Made by a program: the position numbers and the translations under genes. The notes below the pieces were generated by a model. It ran no database searches. It was given only the letters and a program-made list of their open reading frames with translations, and had not been told where the DNA came from. From NCBI GenBank assembly GCA_049302185.1, contig JBAQLV010000027.1, positions 3,584 to 67,583 of the forward strand: 64,000 nt of DNA, given 5' to 3'. How positions within the stretch are numbered: the first letter of the stretch is position 1; every line of letters starts with the position of its first letter. Positions 28,422 through 36,483 of this stretch are shown here, in pieces. The stretch is from Thermodesulfovibrionales bacterium. GTDB lineage: Bacteria; Nitrospirota; Thermodesulfovibrionia; Thermodesulfovibrionales; UBA1546.

Positions 28422-30500
28422 ATGACTCAGAACACAATTCAACTTTCATCTGTTCTTCTGGAAATAGGAACAGAAGACATCCCTGCAAGGTTTCTGCCAT
28501 CTGCCATACGGCAACTAAAAGAAAACACAGAGACAATATTCAAAGATAATCATATAAGGTTTTCAGAAGTAAAAACATTGGGCTCTCCGCGGAGACTTGC
28601 AGTGATTGCACATGGAATCCCGCCGATGCAGGAAGACAAAGTAAAAGAAATATTCGGGCCCTCTAAAAAAGCAGCTTTTGATGCGGACGGCAGTCCTACA
28701 AAAGCAGCAACTGGATTTGCCAATTCTCAAGGCATAAGCGTGGAAAAACTCATCGTAAAAAATAAAGACAAAGGAGAATACGTTGTTGCAGTCATAGAAG
28801 AAAAAGGCATTCATGTCAGAGAACTCCTGCCTGACATACTCAAAAAGATTGTGCTTTCAGTGCATCTTCCGAAATCAATGAGATGGGGCGGCAATGACAT
28901 GAGATTTATACGGCCTATCAGATGGCTGCTGTCTCTGTTTGATAACGAAACAATAAGTTTTGAGATAGAAGGAATAAAAAGCAGCAATATGACCCGTGGG
29001 CACAGATTCCTGTCTCCTGCCGCTTTTCAGATAAAAGAAATACCGGCTTACGCAAAGCTGCTTGCAAATAACCACGTCATAGTTGACTCTCAGGAAAGAA
29101 GAAGGATTATAACAGAAAAAGCGGAGAAGCTCTCGTCTTCCATAAACGGGAAAATACTAAAAGACGAAGAACTCATTGAGACAGTCTCGAATCTCGTAGA
29201 ATATCCTGTTCCGGTACTCGGCAGTTTCTCACCAGAATATCTCAGACTTCCTAAAGAACTGCTTATAACAGTAATGAGAGAACATCAGAAATACTTTGCA
29301 ATTGAAGATATTAAAGGCGTGCTCACGAATTACTTTATCATTATAAGCAACACCGCTGAAGAAAATTCAGAGACTGTCAAGATTGGAGCGGAACGCGTTA
29401 TCAGAGCAAGATTTGAGGATGCAAAATTCTATTTTGAAGAAGACTGCAGGAAAAAACTTGAAGACAGAATAAGCGGACTTAAAAAAGTGGTGTATCAGGA
29501 AAAACTCGGGAACCTCTACGAGAAGGTATTGCGAGTCAAAAACCTTGCGTCATATCTTGCGTCAAAAATAAATGCCTCTCTAACGCAAAAGGCCGAAAGA
29601 GCAGCGCTTCTCTCCAAGACAGACCTCCTGACAGGAGTCGTAAGGGAATTCCCTGAACTTCAGGGAATTATTGGAAAATACTATGCGAGCAATGACAAGG
29701 AAGACACAGAAGTCGCAGCCGCTTTGATGGAACAGTATCTGCCTGCCTATTACGGAGACAGGCTGCCTGAAACAGAGACAGGCGCTATTCTCAGCCTTGC
29801 AGACAAGCTGGATAATATAACCTCATTCTTCTCTGTCGGCCTTACTCCGACAGGCTCTGAAGACCCTTTTGCATTAAGGAGACAGACGCTTGCAGTCATA
29901 GCAATACTGCTGAATAAGGGCTATGCATTATCGCTCAATGATCTTGTTGCCGCTTCTCTGAAAAATCTGAAAGACACTAAACAGTCCGGAGAAATTGCAG
30001 CAACAGCGCTCAGATTTTTTGAACAGAGGCTTGAGCCTTTGTTGTCATCGCAAGGTTATAACTCCGATGAGATTCAATCTATCCTTTCGTTTTCTGCAAA
30101 GATACCTCTCAGTGAGATAAAAAAGAGACTGGATGCTCTTAAGGAATTTAAGACCACCGCAGGTTATAATGAGTTTATTACAGCCATAAAACGAGTAAGA
30201 AATATTATTCCTGAAACAGCGCTTCCCACATGGATTCCGAGACTGTTTGTGAAAGATCCTGAGAAAAAACTCTGCGAGATATTCTCAGCTATAAAAACCG
30301 AAGTTGGAAGCCTGATGGATGGACATAAATATTCCGAAGCGCTCAGTATTCTCTCAGGACTGACAGCACCGATAAATTATTTCTTTGACAATATACTAGT
30401 AATGGACAAACAGGAAAAAATCAAACTCAACAGGCTTGCGCTTCTGGAATATATCTGGACGCTCGCATCATCAATAGCGGATTTTTCAAAACTGCAGTAA
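28422..30500 (+). CDS. glyS: Glycine--tRNA ligase beta subunit
   Basis: 692 aa. [15 protein letters not shown]...PRRLAV is the GlyS N-terminal signature. A C-terminal anticodon-binding (DALR-like) region is present. Confidence 0.95.
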   Translation: MTQNTIQLSSVLLEIGTEDIPARFLPSAIRQLKENTETIFKDNHIRFSEVKTLGSPRRLAVIAHGIPPMQEDKVKEIFGPSKKAAFDADGSPTKAATGFANSQGISVEKLIVKNKDKGEYVVAVIEEKGIHVRELLPDILKKIVLSVHLPKSMRWGGNDMRFIRPIRWLLSLFDNETISFEIEGIKSSNMTRGHRFLSPAAFQIKEIPAYAKLLANNHVIVDSQERRRIITEKAEKLSSSINGKILKDEELIETVSNLVEYPVPVLGSFSPEYLRLPKELLITVMREHQKYFAIEDIKGVLTNYFIIISNTAEENSETVKIGAERVIRARFEDAKFYFEEDCRKKLEDRISGLKKVVYQEKLGNLYEKVLRVKNLASYLASKINASLTQKAERAALLSKTDLLTGVVREFPELQGIIGKYYASNDKEDTEVAAALMEQYLPAYYGDRLPETETGAILSLADKLDNITSFFSVGLTPTGSEDPFALRRQTLAVIAILLNKGYALSLNDLVAASLKNLKDTKQSGEIAATALRFFEQRLEPLLSSQGYNSDEIQSILSFSAKIPLSEIKKRLDALKEFKTTAGYNEFITAIKRVRNIIPETALPTWIPRLFVKDPEKKLCEIFSAIKTEVGSLMDGHKYSEALSILSGLTAPINYFFDNILVMDKQEKIKLNRLALLEYIWTLASSIADFSKLQ

Positions 30501-30701
30501 AGATTTGCCGCGGATTATTCTCAGCACATCAGAAACTTTTTCGGAGTAACAACCGCTTTTGGCTGCAAATCTTGAAAGATTCTCTACGGAAGCCTCATTG
30601 TCAACAAGAATCTCAACTATCCCTTCGGTTATTTTGGAAACTGCATCTTCAGCCATCATAACAGGCTTCGGGCATCCAAGACCTCTCGCATCAATGAGCA
30701 T
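30486..30701 (-). CDS. TusA/SirA-family sulfurtransferase-like protein
   Basis: [21 protein letters not shown] carries the CPxP active-site motif at the canonical position. 71 aa. Confidence 0.8.
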   Translation of the reverse strand: MLIDARGLGCPKPVMMAEDAVSKITEGIVEILVDNEASVENLSRFAAKSGCYSEKVSDVLRIIRGKSLLQF

Positions 30702-30807
30702 TGTTCTTCCTCCCTTTCAAAATACAGTTCATTATATATGTGACTACGAATATCGTCAAACTTATGACTGGTGCGATCTCCCGGTCTTTCTATATCTATC
30801 TGTTGCA

Positions 30808-31719
30808 TTATCTAATATTTGAAACATTCGGATTCCTTTCTGAAATGAGATCAGATGCTTCCTTTGAATTTATGACTTCATTTAATGCACGCGGGATATT
30901 CTCAATTATTTCAACAACCTGAGTTTCCGGTGTCGGATTTGCATAGTACCCAGCCAGCCTGTTTATTTGAGTCGCAGCAATTGCTGCCCTATCAATAGCC
31001 ATTCCTGAGGCAATAAGGGCAGAGACTATACCTGTCAGCGTATCGCCAGTACCTCCGATAGGCTCAAGAGCCTCTACTATAGGATAGTCAATAACTGCAA
31101 TGATGCCATTTTTGTCAGCTATATAGTCTTTATTTCCTTTTACCATGAGATAGCGTGAAGCGTTTTCATATGCATAAGCCCTTTTTATCAAATCAGGAAC
31201 TCTGTTTTCCTCTTGGAGGATAAACCCTCTCGTATAGAATGGGTGAGGCGCTTCTTCATCGGCAATGAAGGCCATCTCGCCAGCATCAGGTGTGAAAAGG
31301 TCAAATCTCTGTGCCTGTCCGCTCATCTTTGCCACATACATGCCGCCTGCATCAGCCACGAGAATTGGACTGTACGGAAGGTCTTCTAAAGCAAACATGA
31401 CCTGATTAAATCCATCCACCTCGGGCAACATATAATGAAAGACGATTGCCTTAAAATTAACATTCTTCAGATTTTCTGCTAAATACTTATAAAGCCTTTT
31501 ACTTCCATCTCCGCGACCAATATCTCCTGCAAGATAACCAGAAGGCAGTGGTAGTTTTAAGACCTCCAACACCTTTATGGCTGAGGCTATCAATGCCGGT
31601 GTCCCCCTGTTTATGTCAATTTTATTGCCCTCAATAAAGACATTCTCATCCTCTAATCTTAGTTCTCCTGCAACTAATGGGAAGTCCTTATCCGGGATTG
31701 TGCCGACTATTGCTAACAT
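30808..31719 (-). CDS. Ribokinase-superfamily protein resembling the YjeF C-terminal (NAD(P)HX dehydratase-like) domain; function unknown
   Basis: The C-terminal EPIGGTGDTLTGIVSALIASGM resembles the GGxGDvLtG nucleotide-binding motif of YjeF_C carbohydrate-kinase domains. The remainder was not recognised. Confidence 0.4.
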   Translation of the reverse strand: MLAIVGTIPDKDFPLVAGELRLEDENVFIEGNKIDINRGTPALIASAIKVLEVLKLPLPSGYLAGDIGRGDGSKRLYKYLAENLKNVNFKAIVFHYMLPEVDGFNQVMFALEDLPYSPILVADAGGMYVAKMSGQAQRFDLFTPDAGEMAFIADEEAPHPFYTRGFILQEENRVPDLIKRAYAYENASRYLMVKGNKDYIADKNGIIAVIDYPIVEALEPIGGTGDTLTGIVSALIASGMAIDRAAIAATQINRLAGYYANPTPETQVVEIIENIPRALNEVINSKEASDLISERNPNVSNIR

Positions 31720-32255
31720 CTACGACATGCCTCCTCATAGGCCAACTGTAAGGCATAACCACAGAGGGTATGCCCTATATCCCTTGGGCTTACTACGTCT
31801 TTTAAGGTCTTTCCCAGCATCTCTTTAGCCAAATAGGGCACATCAGGGCATCCACCACCTGATATATTCACTACAGTAAGGGTCTCCTTGTCAAAGGTCA
31901 ATTTCATGTTTGCTGCCCTCACCATGAGGTATCTTCCAAAATCCTTTATGTGGAAGAGGTCAACAGGCCTCAAGAGAGGACTGCTTACAGGTACTATTTG
32001 TAATGGGGGAATTCTGGCCTCTGTGAGTATCCTCTGTATGTTCATCGACTCGATAAGGGGAAATTCTACCACCATATCACAGCCTGTTCTGATCTCTGGT
32101 GGGGGACCCATGACCCTGATATCAAATCCCCTGTCTTTGAGAATAGTCTCTGCCCTGATCACCTCGCTGGTGTTGGCAAATATGAGAAATCCCCTGCTCC
32201 GATTCTTCTCTTTTAGCGGGATCCTCTTTTTTTTGAATATTTTAAGGATAGACAT
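31713..32255 (-). CDS. DUF3343-like (putative Se/S carrier-like) protein with a Cys-containing C-terminal extension
   Basis: The N-terminal half FLIFANTSEVIRAETILKDRGFDIRVMGPPPEIRTGCDMVV matches the DUF3343 pattern. The C-terminal half has GGGCPDVPYL and a terminal CRRC. Confidence 0.55.
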   Translation of the reverse strand: MSILKIFKKKRIPLKEKNRSRGFLIFANTSEVIRAETILKDRGFDIRVMGPPPEIRTGCDMVVEFPLIESMNIQRILTEARIPPLQIVPVSSPLLRPVDLFHIKDFGRYLMVRAANMKLTFDKETLTVVNISGGGCPDVPYLAKEMLGKTLKDVVSPRDIGHTLCGYALQLAYEEACRRC

Positions 32256-32257
32256 AA

Positions 32258-32473
32258 TTAATCCTTCGTGATAATAATGCGATATCCTATTCCTTCAGGT
32301 TTTACATCTTTCAGTTGCCATTTCAGTGTCTTTGCTGCACTCAAACAATTCTCTTTTGACGTATCTGTGTCAACAAGTATCTCGATCTCGCCTTTGTCTA
32401 ACTTAGCCATCTCCTCAAGACTCATCATCACAGGCTGTGGGCATGAAAGTCCCCTTGCATCAACAATGCTCAT
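32258..32473 (-). CDS. TusA/YedF-like sulfur/selenium carrier protein
   Basis: MSIVDARGLSCPQPVMM carries CPxP. ATG at 32473 is preceded by AAGGAGG. The track ORF extends to 32527 but would overlap yedE. Confidence 0.8.
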   Translation of the reverse strand: MSIVDARGLSCPQPVMMSLEEMAKLDKGEIEILVDTDTSKENCLSAAKTLKWQLKDVKPEGIGYRIIITKD

Positions 32474-32484
32474 CTTCGTCCTCC

Positions 32485-33576
32485 TTATATTGCCTTCTTT
32501 CTCATTGTGAATCCTATGAACAAACAAACCGCAAGACCAACTATTACTGCCGTAATACCATGAGGTCCGATACCCTGCGGAGAGCTGGCAAGTCCAAAGT
32601 TATGGGAAAAAGCAGCGCCAATGATCATTCCCAGCACAAATACAGCAGCATCTCCGTCTCCTTCACCTGACAAAAATAACTGTCTTCCCGGGCATCCTCC
32701 TGCGAGGGTAAAGGCAAGTCCAGCCAAGACCATACCCATAAAGTTCCAGGCGCTCATGGTATGCGCTATTGGTTGATTTACAAAGCCTGGATTAAACTGA
32801 CCCAGGATCAGATTTGTCACAAATGCCGCAATGGCAAGGCCTGCAATCCCCAAGAACAGATGGGTTTGACGAAATAGTATCAAGTCCCTTAAAGCGCCCA
32901 TGGTGCAGAACCGGCTTCTCTGAGCAATAAACCCTATGACAAGACCTGCTGATAGGGATATAAAGAGGGGTGCATGCATTGACCCTGGTCCTTTAACACT
33001 GTAAAAGAGGATACCACTCTTATTTTCACCATAAATCTCCGGATAGATAAGCATGAGCAATAAGAAACCTAACATGACCAAAGGCAATATCCACCCCGAA
33101 GAAGTATGTGTGGGCTGCGTCCTCCCAAGGTTATAACCTGCTTTCAGAAAACGGGCGCCTACAAAGACTCCTGTGATAAGTCCTAACAAACCGAAAATGG
33201 CATTTCCATCCCCTCCTGCAAGGCGGAGCAATGTCCTCCATGGACAGCCGAGAAATACGAGTGCGCCTATCATTGCAAATACGCCAAGAACAAACCTCAC
33301 AATGGGGGCTGAACCAGCCCTTGGGCGAAACTCTTTGAAAAGATATGCTGCAACGAGGGAACCGAGGACAAAACCAATGATCTCTGGTCTCATGTATTGA
33401 ACCGCTTCAGCACGGTGAAGACCTATGGCTCCGGCTATATCCCTTTCAAAACATGCCACACAGACCCCCATGTTCCCGGGATTGCCAAATTTTTGTAGGA
33501 GTGGTGCAAATATCCCGATGAACACCCCAACACCGATGATGCCCCACGAAGTAGCAAAAAAGTTCTTAATCGACAT
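32485..33576 (-). CDS. yedE: YedE/YeeE-family putative selenium/thiosulfate transporter
   Basis: Polytopic protein. FGNPGNMGVCVACFERDIAGAIGLH and a second CPGRQL-type half-site are typical of YedE/YeeE. I prefer the start at MSIKNFF (33576). Confidence 0.8.
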   Translation of the reverse strand: MSIKNFFATSWGIIGVGVFIGIFAPLLQKFGNPGNMGVCVACFERDIAGAIGLHRAEAVQYMRPEIIGFVLGSLVAAYLFKEFRPRAGSAPIVRFVLGVFAMIGALVFLGCPWRTLLRLAGGDGNAIFGLLGLITGVFVGARFLKAGYNLGRTQPTHTSSGWILPLVMLGFLLLMLIYPEIYGENKSGILFYSVKGPGSMHAPLFISLSAGLVIGFIAQRSRFCTMGALRDLILFRQTHLFLGIAGLAIAAFVTNLILGQFNPGFVNQPIAHTMSAWNFMGMVLAGLAFTLAGGCPGRQLFLSGEGDGDAAVFVLGMIIGAAFSHNFGLASSPQGIGPHGITAVIVGLAVCLFIGFTMRKKAI

Positions 33577-33694
33577 ATATACCCCCTTTGTAATTTTTTC
33601 CTCAAAAGATCGTTTAATGTTCCCCAGGCTCAAAGCATCTGCCGATATTAGCGCTCCCGGCAAAAATTATTGTCCATCCCCGAATTTAATATCA

Positions 33695-33711
33695 AAAGGC
33701 CAAAGGCCTTT
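33695..33711. terminator. Short GC hairpin (aaaggcc-aaa-ggccttt), possible bidirectional terminator
   Basis: 7-bp stem flanked by A and T runs, between the LysR relic and yedE. Confidence 0.35.
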
Positions 33712-33745
33712 AAATCCCTGTTAAGGACATCACTTAACAACCTCT

Positions 33746-33931
33746 TTAAGAACAGCCATTATCCTTTCTGCATCCGGCGACAGCTTTATTCCTTTTGGAG
33801 TGATGATGTAGAAATCCCTCATCATCTTTTAGCTCCATATCAGGCAGCCTGTTTGATATTTCCCTTGAAAGACCGGGAATAATAAATTCTCCCGGGATAG
33901 TGCTTGCTCCTATGGTGAATAGCTTTTTCAT
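33746..33931 (-). pseudogene. Relic of a LysR-type regulator (substrate-binding-domain fragments only)
   Basis: FTIGASTIPGEFIIPGLSREISNRLPDMEL parallels LIIGASTIPGTYLMPAIISSFKKKYPSV of the intact LysR at 34447-35349. A shifted frame then reads FYIITPKGIKLSPDAERIMAVLKEV, which resembles the LysR C-terminus. There is no HTH. Confidence 0.45.
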
Positions 33932-34235
33932 GTTACCTCCGGTTATATGAATTTTATTGAATATAAATTACCATGCCAAAATTCTATATATCCAATAGTT
34001 ATTTTCTATTGATTGAAATAAAGCAATAGGGTTTCTCTATATTCAAAACACCCTATAGCCGGGTCATTAAAGATAAGCAAAGCTAATCTCTTAATCATTT
34101 TGACCTCCTGGTATTTGAATTCTGCAAAAATTATGTGCACTTTAGGTTTCAAACTGAAACCTTGATTTAGCTGACTCTACATAATCTCAGTACTTGCTTA
34201 TCCATTTGCGCCTCCCATCCATCAAATAACCCTTC

Positions 34236-34340
34236 TGGAGAGGGGTAGTGGGAATTGAACCCACCACGACAGCTTCCATCAAGCTTTTTACCGTGATACT
34301 GGTTTTGCAGACCAGCAGGGGCGACAGCCCCATACCCCCC
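34236..34340 (-). tRNA. tRNA-Sec-like tRNA with Cys anticodon GCA and U73 (105 nt, CCA encoded)
   Basis: Manual fold of the reverse complement:
- acceptor GGGGGGUA / UACCCCUC, 8 bp with one G-U
- linker U
- D stem GGGGC/GCCCC with the 4-nt loop UGUC
- anticodon stem CUGGU/ACCAG with loop CU-GCA-AA
- 34-nt variable arm (CACG...CGUG and AGCUU...AAGCU helices)
- T arm GUGGG-UUCAAUU-CCCAC
- discriminator U, then CCA. Confidence 0.75.
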
Positions 34341-34446
34341 ACGCATCATATAATTTATTATAGGAAAAATAAATAAGTCAAATAGAAAATATCTATACAA
34401 AAGGGAAGATGTATAGACTGTTAGACAAGGTTACGCAGGGGAGGGT

Positions 34447-35349
34447 TTAATGGGATTTAAATGTCTTTGATTTAGTTTTGATATATTCTAAGAATATATT
34501 ATATGCAAGTGGTGATGTCCTTTTTTGATGGGTCACAATATAAAATTTCCTCTTCATCTCTATATTTGTCAGCTTTATCTCTTTGAGTATCCCATATTTT
34601 AGTTCATCCTTTACAGAGAGCCTTGATAGTATTGAGACCCCCAGTCCTTCCTTTACAGCCTGTTTTATAGCATCTGTAGAGCCAAAGATTCCTGAAATCT
34701 TGATGTCTTCAAAAGAAATGCCCCTTTCTTCTAATATCTTTTCTGTCTCCCTTCTTGTGCCAGAGCCTTCTTCACGCAAGACCATCGGGAATTTAATTAA
34801 TTCATTCAATGTTGTCCTTTCTTTTTTCAGCATGGATGGAGCGGATACGACGATTAACTCGTCTTCCATAAACGGCATATAGTGTATCTGTTCATTTCCA
34901 AGTTTTGAACCTACAATGCCAATCAGGAGTTCGTGTTTTAACACCTTTTTAATGATTTCTTCCGAGTCTGCTATGGCTATTTGGAAAAAGACAGAAGGGT
35001 ATTTTTTCTTAAATGACGATATTATTGCCGGCATAAGATATGTGCCTGGTATTGTACTTGCGCCGATAATCAGTTCGCCTGTTATTTCCTTTTTAAATTG
35101 TCCGATGACATCTTTTATGTTGTCTGCCTTTTCTGTAATCTCCATTGCATGATTATATAAGACTTCAGCTTCTTTTGTGGGCATGATTGTCCTTCCGAGC
35201 CTGTCAAACAATTTGCAGTTGAGTTCTTCCTCAAGAGATTTTACATGGTCGCTTATAGTTGGCTGTGTGAGACTCAGTTCTTCTGATGCCTTCGAAAAGC
35301 TTTTATTCTTAAAGACTGACAAAAAGACTTTTAGATGATGTATGTCCAT
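34447..35349 (-). CDS. LysR-family transcriptional regulator
   Basis: MDIHHLKVFLSVFKNKSFSKASEELSLTQPTISDHVKSLEEEL is the LysR HTH. Start taken at MDIHH (35349). Confidence 0.85.
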   Translation of the reverse strand: MDIHHLKVFLSVFKNKSFSKASEELSLTQPTISDHVKSLEEELNCKLFDRLGRTIMPTKEAEVLYNHAMEITEKADNIKDVIGQFKKEITGELIIGASTIPGTYLMPAIISSFKKKYPSVFFQIAIADSEEIIKKVLKHELLIGIVGSKLGNEQIHYMPFMEDELIVVSAPSMLKKERTTLNELIKFPMVLREEGSGTRRETEKILEERGISFEDIKISGIFGSTDAIKQAVKEGLGVSILSRLSVKDELKYGILKEIKLTNIEMKRKFYIVTHQKRTSPLAYNIFLEYIKTKSKTFKSH

Positions 35350-35356
35350 CTCTAAA

Positions 35357-35728
35357 TCACTTTTCCAGCACAACACAGGCAATGCCGTATTCTTTTTCGT
35401 GGCTCAGGCTGAGGGCTGTTTGTTTTATTGACTTGTCACTGAAGAATTTCTTAAGCCTGCCGCTGATTTTTATATCAGGCCTGCCATTTGCGGCATTTAT
35501 AACTTCAATATCAGTCAGCGACACAGGAACCTCAGAGCCTATCGCCTTTATTAAAGCCTCTTTCGCCGCAAAACGGACTGACAAGGAAAGATAAGGGTTC
35601 TTTTTCTCATAGCAATATGAAATCTCACTTTGCGTAAAAACCCTTTCAAGGAATTTCCTGCCCCACCTGTCAACAACATCCTTCATTCTCTCAATCTTAA
35701 CAAGGTCTATTCCGACGCCGTAAATCAT
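35357..35728 (-). CDS. acpS: Holo-[acyl-carrier-protein] synthase
   Basis: [15 protein letters not shown]...[10 protein letters not shown] is the AcpS signature. Confidence 0.9.
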   Translation of the reverse strand: MIYGVGIDLVKIERMKDVVDRWGRKFLERVFTQSEISYCYEKKNPYLSLSVRFAAKEALIKAIGSEVPVSLTDIEVINAANGRPDIKISGRLKKFFSDKSIKQTALSLSHEKEYGIACVVLEK

Positions 35729-36429
35729 AGAAATACCTTCATCTCCCTCACAGCCCTCTCCATCCCCACAAGCACTGCCCTTGCGATGATACTGTGCCCT
35801 ATATATAATCCTCTCAGTCCCTCTATGGCAGCTATATTTTTAACATTAAAATAATTAAGCCCGTGTCCTGCATTAGCGCTAAGTCCCAGACTCAACGCAT
35901 CTTTGACAGACCGTGCAACTTTTATAAGTTCCTTTTCCTGTTTATTGCCCTTTGCATTAGCATAAAGCCCTGTGTGTATCTCTACCATATCAGCGCCTGT
36001 TTCTTTGGATACGGCAATGTCATCAGTTGAGGGATTTATAAAAAGGCTGACAGGTATCCCTGCGCCCTGAATCCTCCTGATTGCATTTTTAAGATTTGAT
36101 TTCTGCCGTTTAACATCAAGCCCGCCCTCTGTTGTAAGCTCCTCTCGTTTCTCAGGCACAAGCGTCACCATATCAGGCTTTACCTTCAACGCAATGCCTA
36201 TCATCTCTTTTGTAGCTGCCATCTCCAGATTTAACTCAACAGGGATGACTTCCCGTAATATCCTTAAATCCCTGTCATGTATATGCCTCCTGTCCTCCCT
36301 GAGATGAACAGTAATGCCGTCAGCTCCGCCAAATACCGCAAGAGTTGCAGCCATAACAGGGTCAGGCTCCATGCCTTTCCTTGCCTCTCTCACAGTAGCA
36401 ACATGGTCAACGTTAACTCCGAGAATCAT
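35725..36429 (-). CDS. pdxJ: Pyridoxine 5'-phosphate synthase
   Basis: [16 protein letters not shown]...[10 protein letters not shown] prefer ATG at 36429 after GGAGGA. Confidence 0.9.
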   Translation of the reverse strand: MILGVNVDHVATVREARKGMEPDPVMAATLAVFGGADGITVHLREDRRHIHDRDLRILREVIPVELNLEMAATKEMIGIALKVKPDMVTLVPEKREELTTEGGLDVKRQKSNLKNAIRRIQGAGIPVSLFINPSTDDIAVSKETGADMVEIHTGLYANAKGNKQEKELIKVARSVKDALSLGLSANAGHGLNYFNVKNIAAIEGLRGLYIGHSIIARAVLVGMERAVREMKVFL

Positions 36430-36483
36430 GCATCTCCTCCACTCCAATTATAAATTTTAAATTAGTCTAACACAAAATCTCTT

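Noticed and set aside
33932-34235. A 300-bp A/T-rich ORF-free stretch downstream of the Sec-like tRNA, including the hairpin aggtttcaaactgaaacct at about 34144-34162.
   Set aside because: The hairpin lacks a convincing T-tract in the tRNA's orientation. Nothing else recognisable is present, such as an integrase, att-like repeat of the tRNA 3' end, or SECIS-like element. I leave it unannotated.
34167-34400. A 77-aa minus-strand ORF.
   Set aside because: It overlaps the tRNA gene at 34236-34340 and is explained by it. No coding features.
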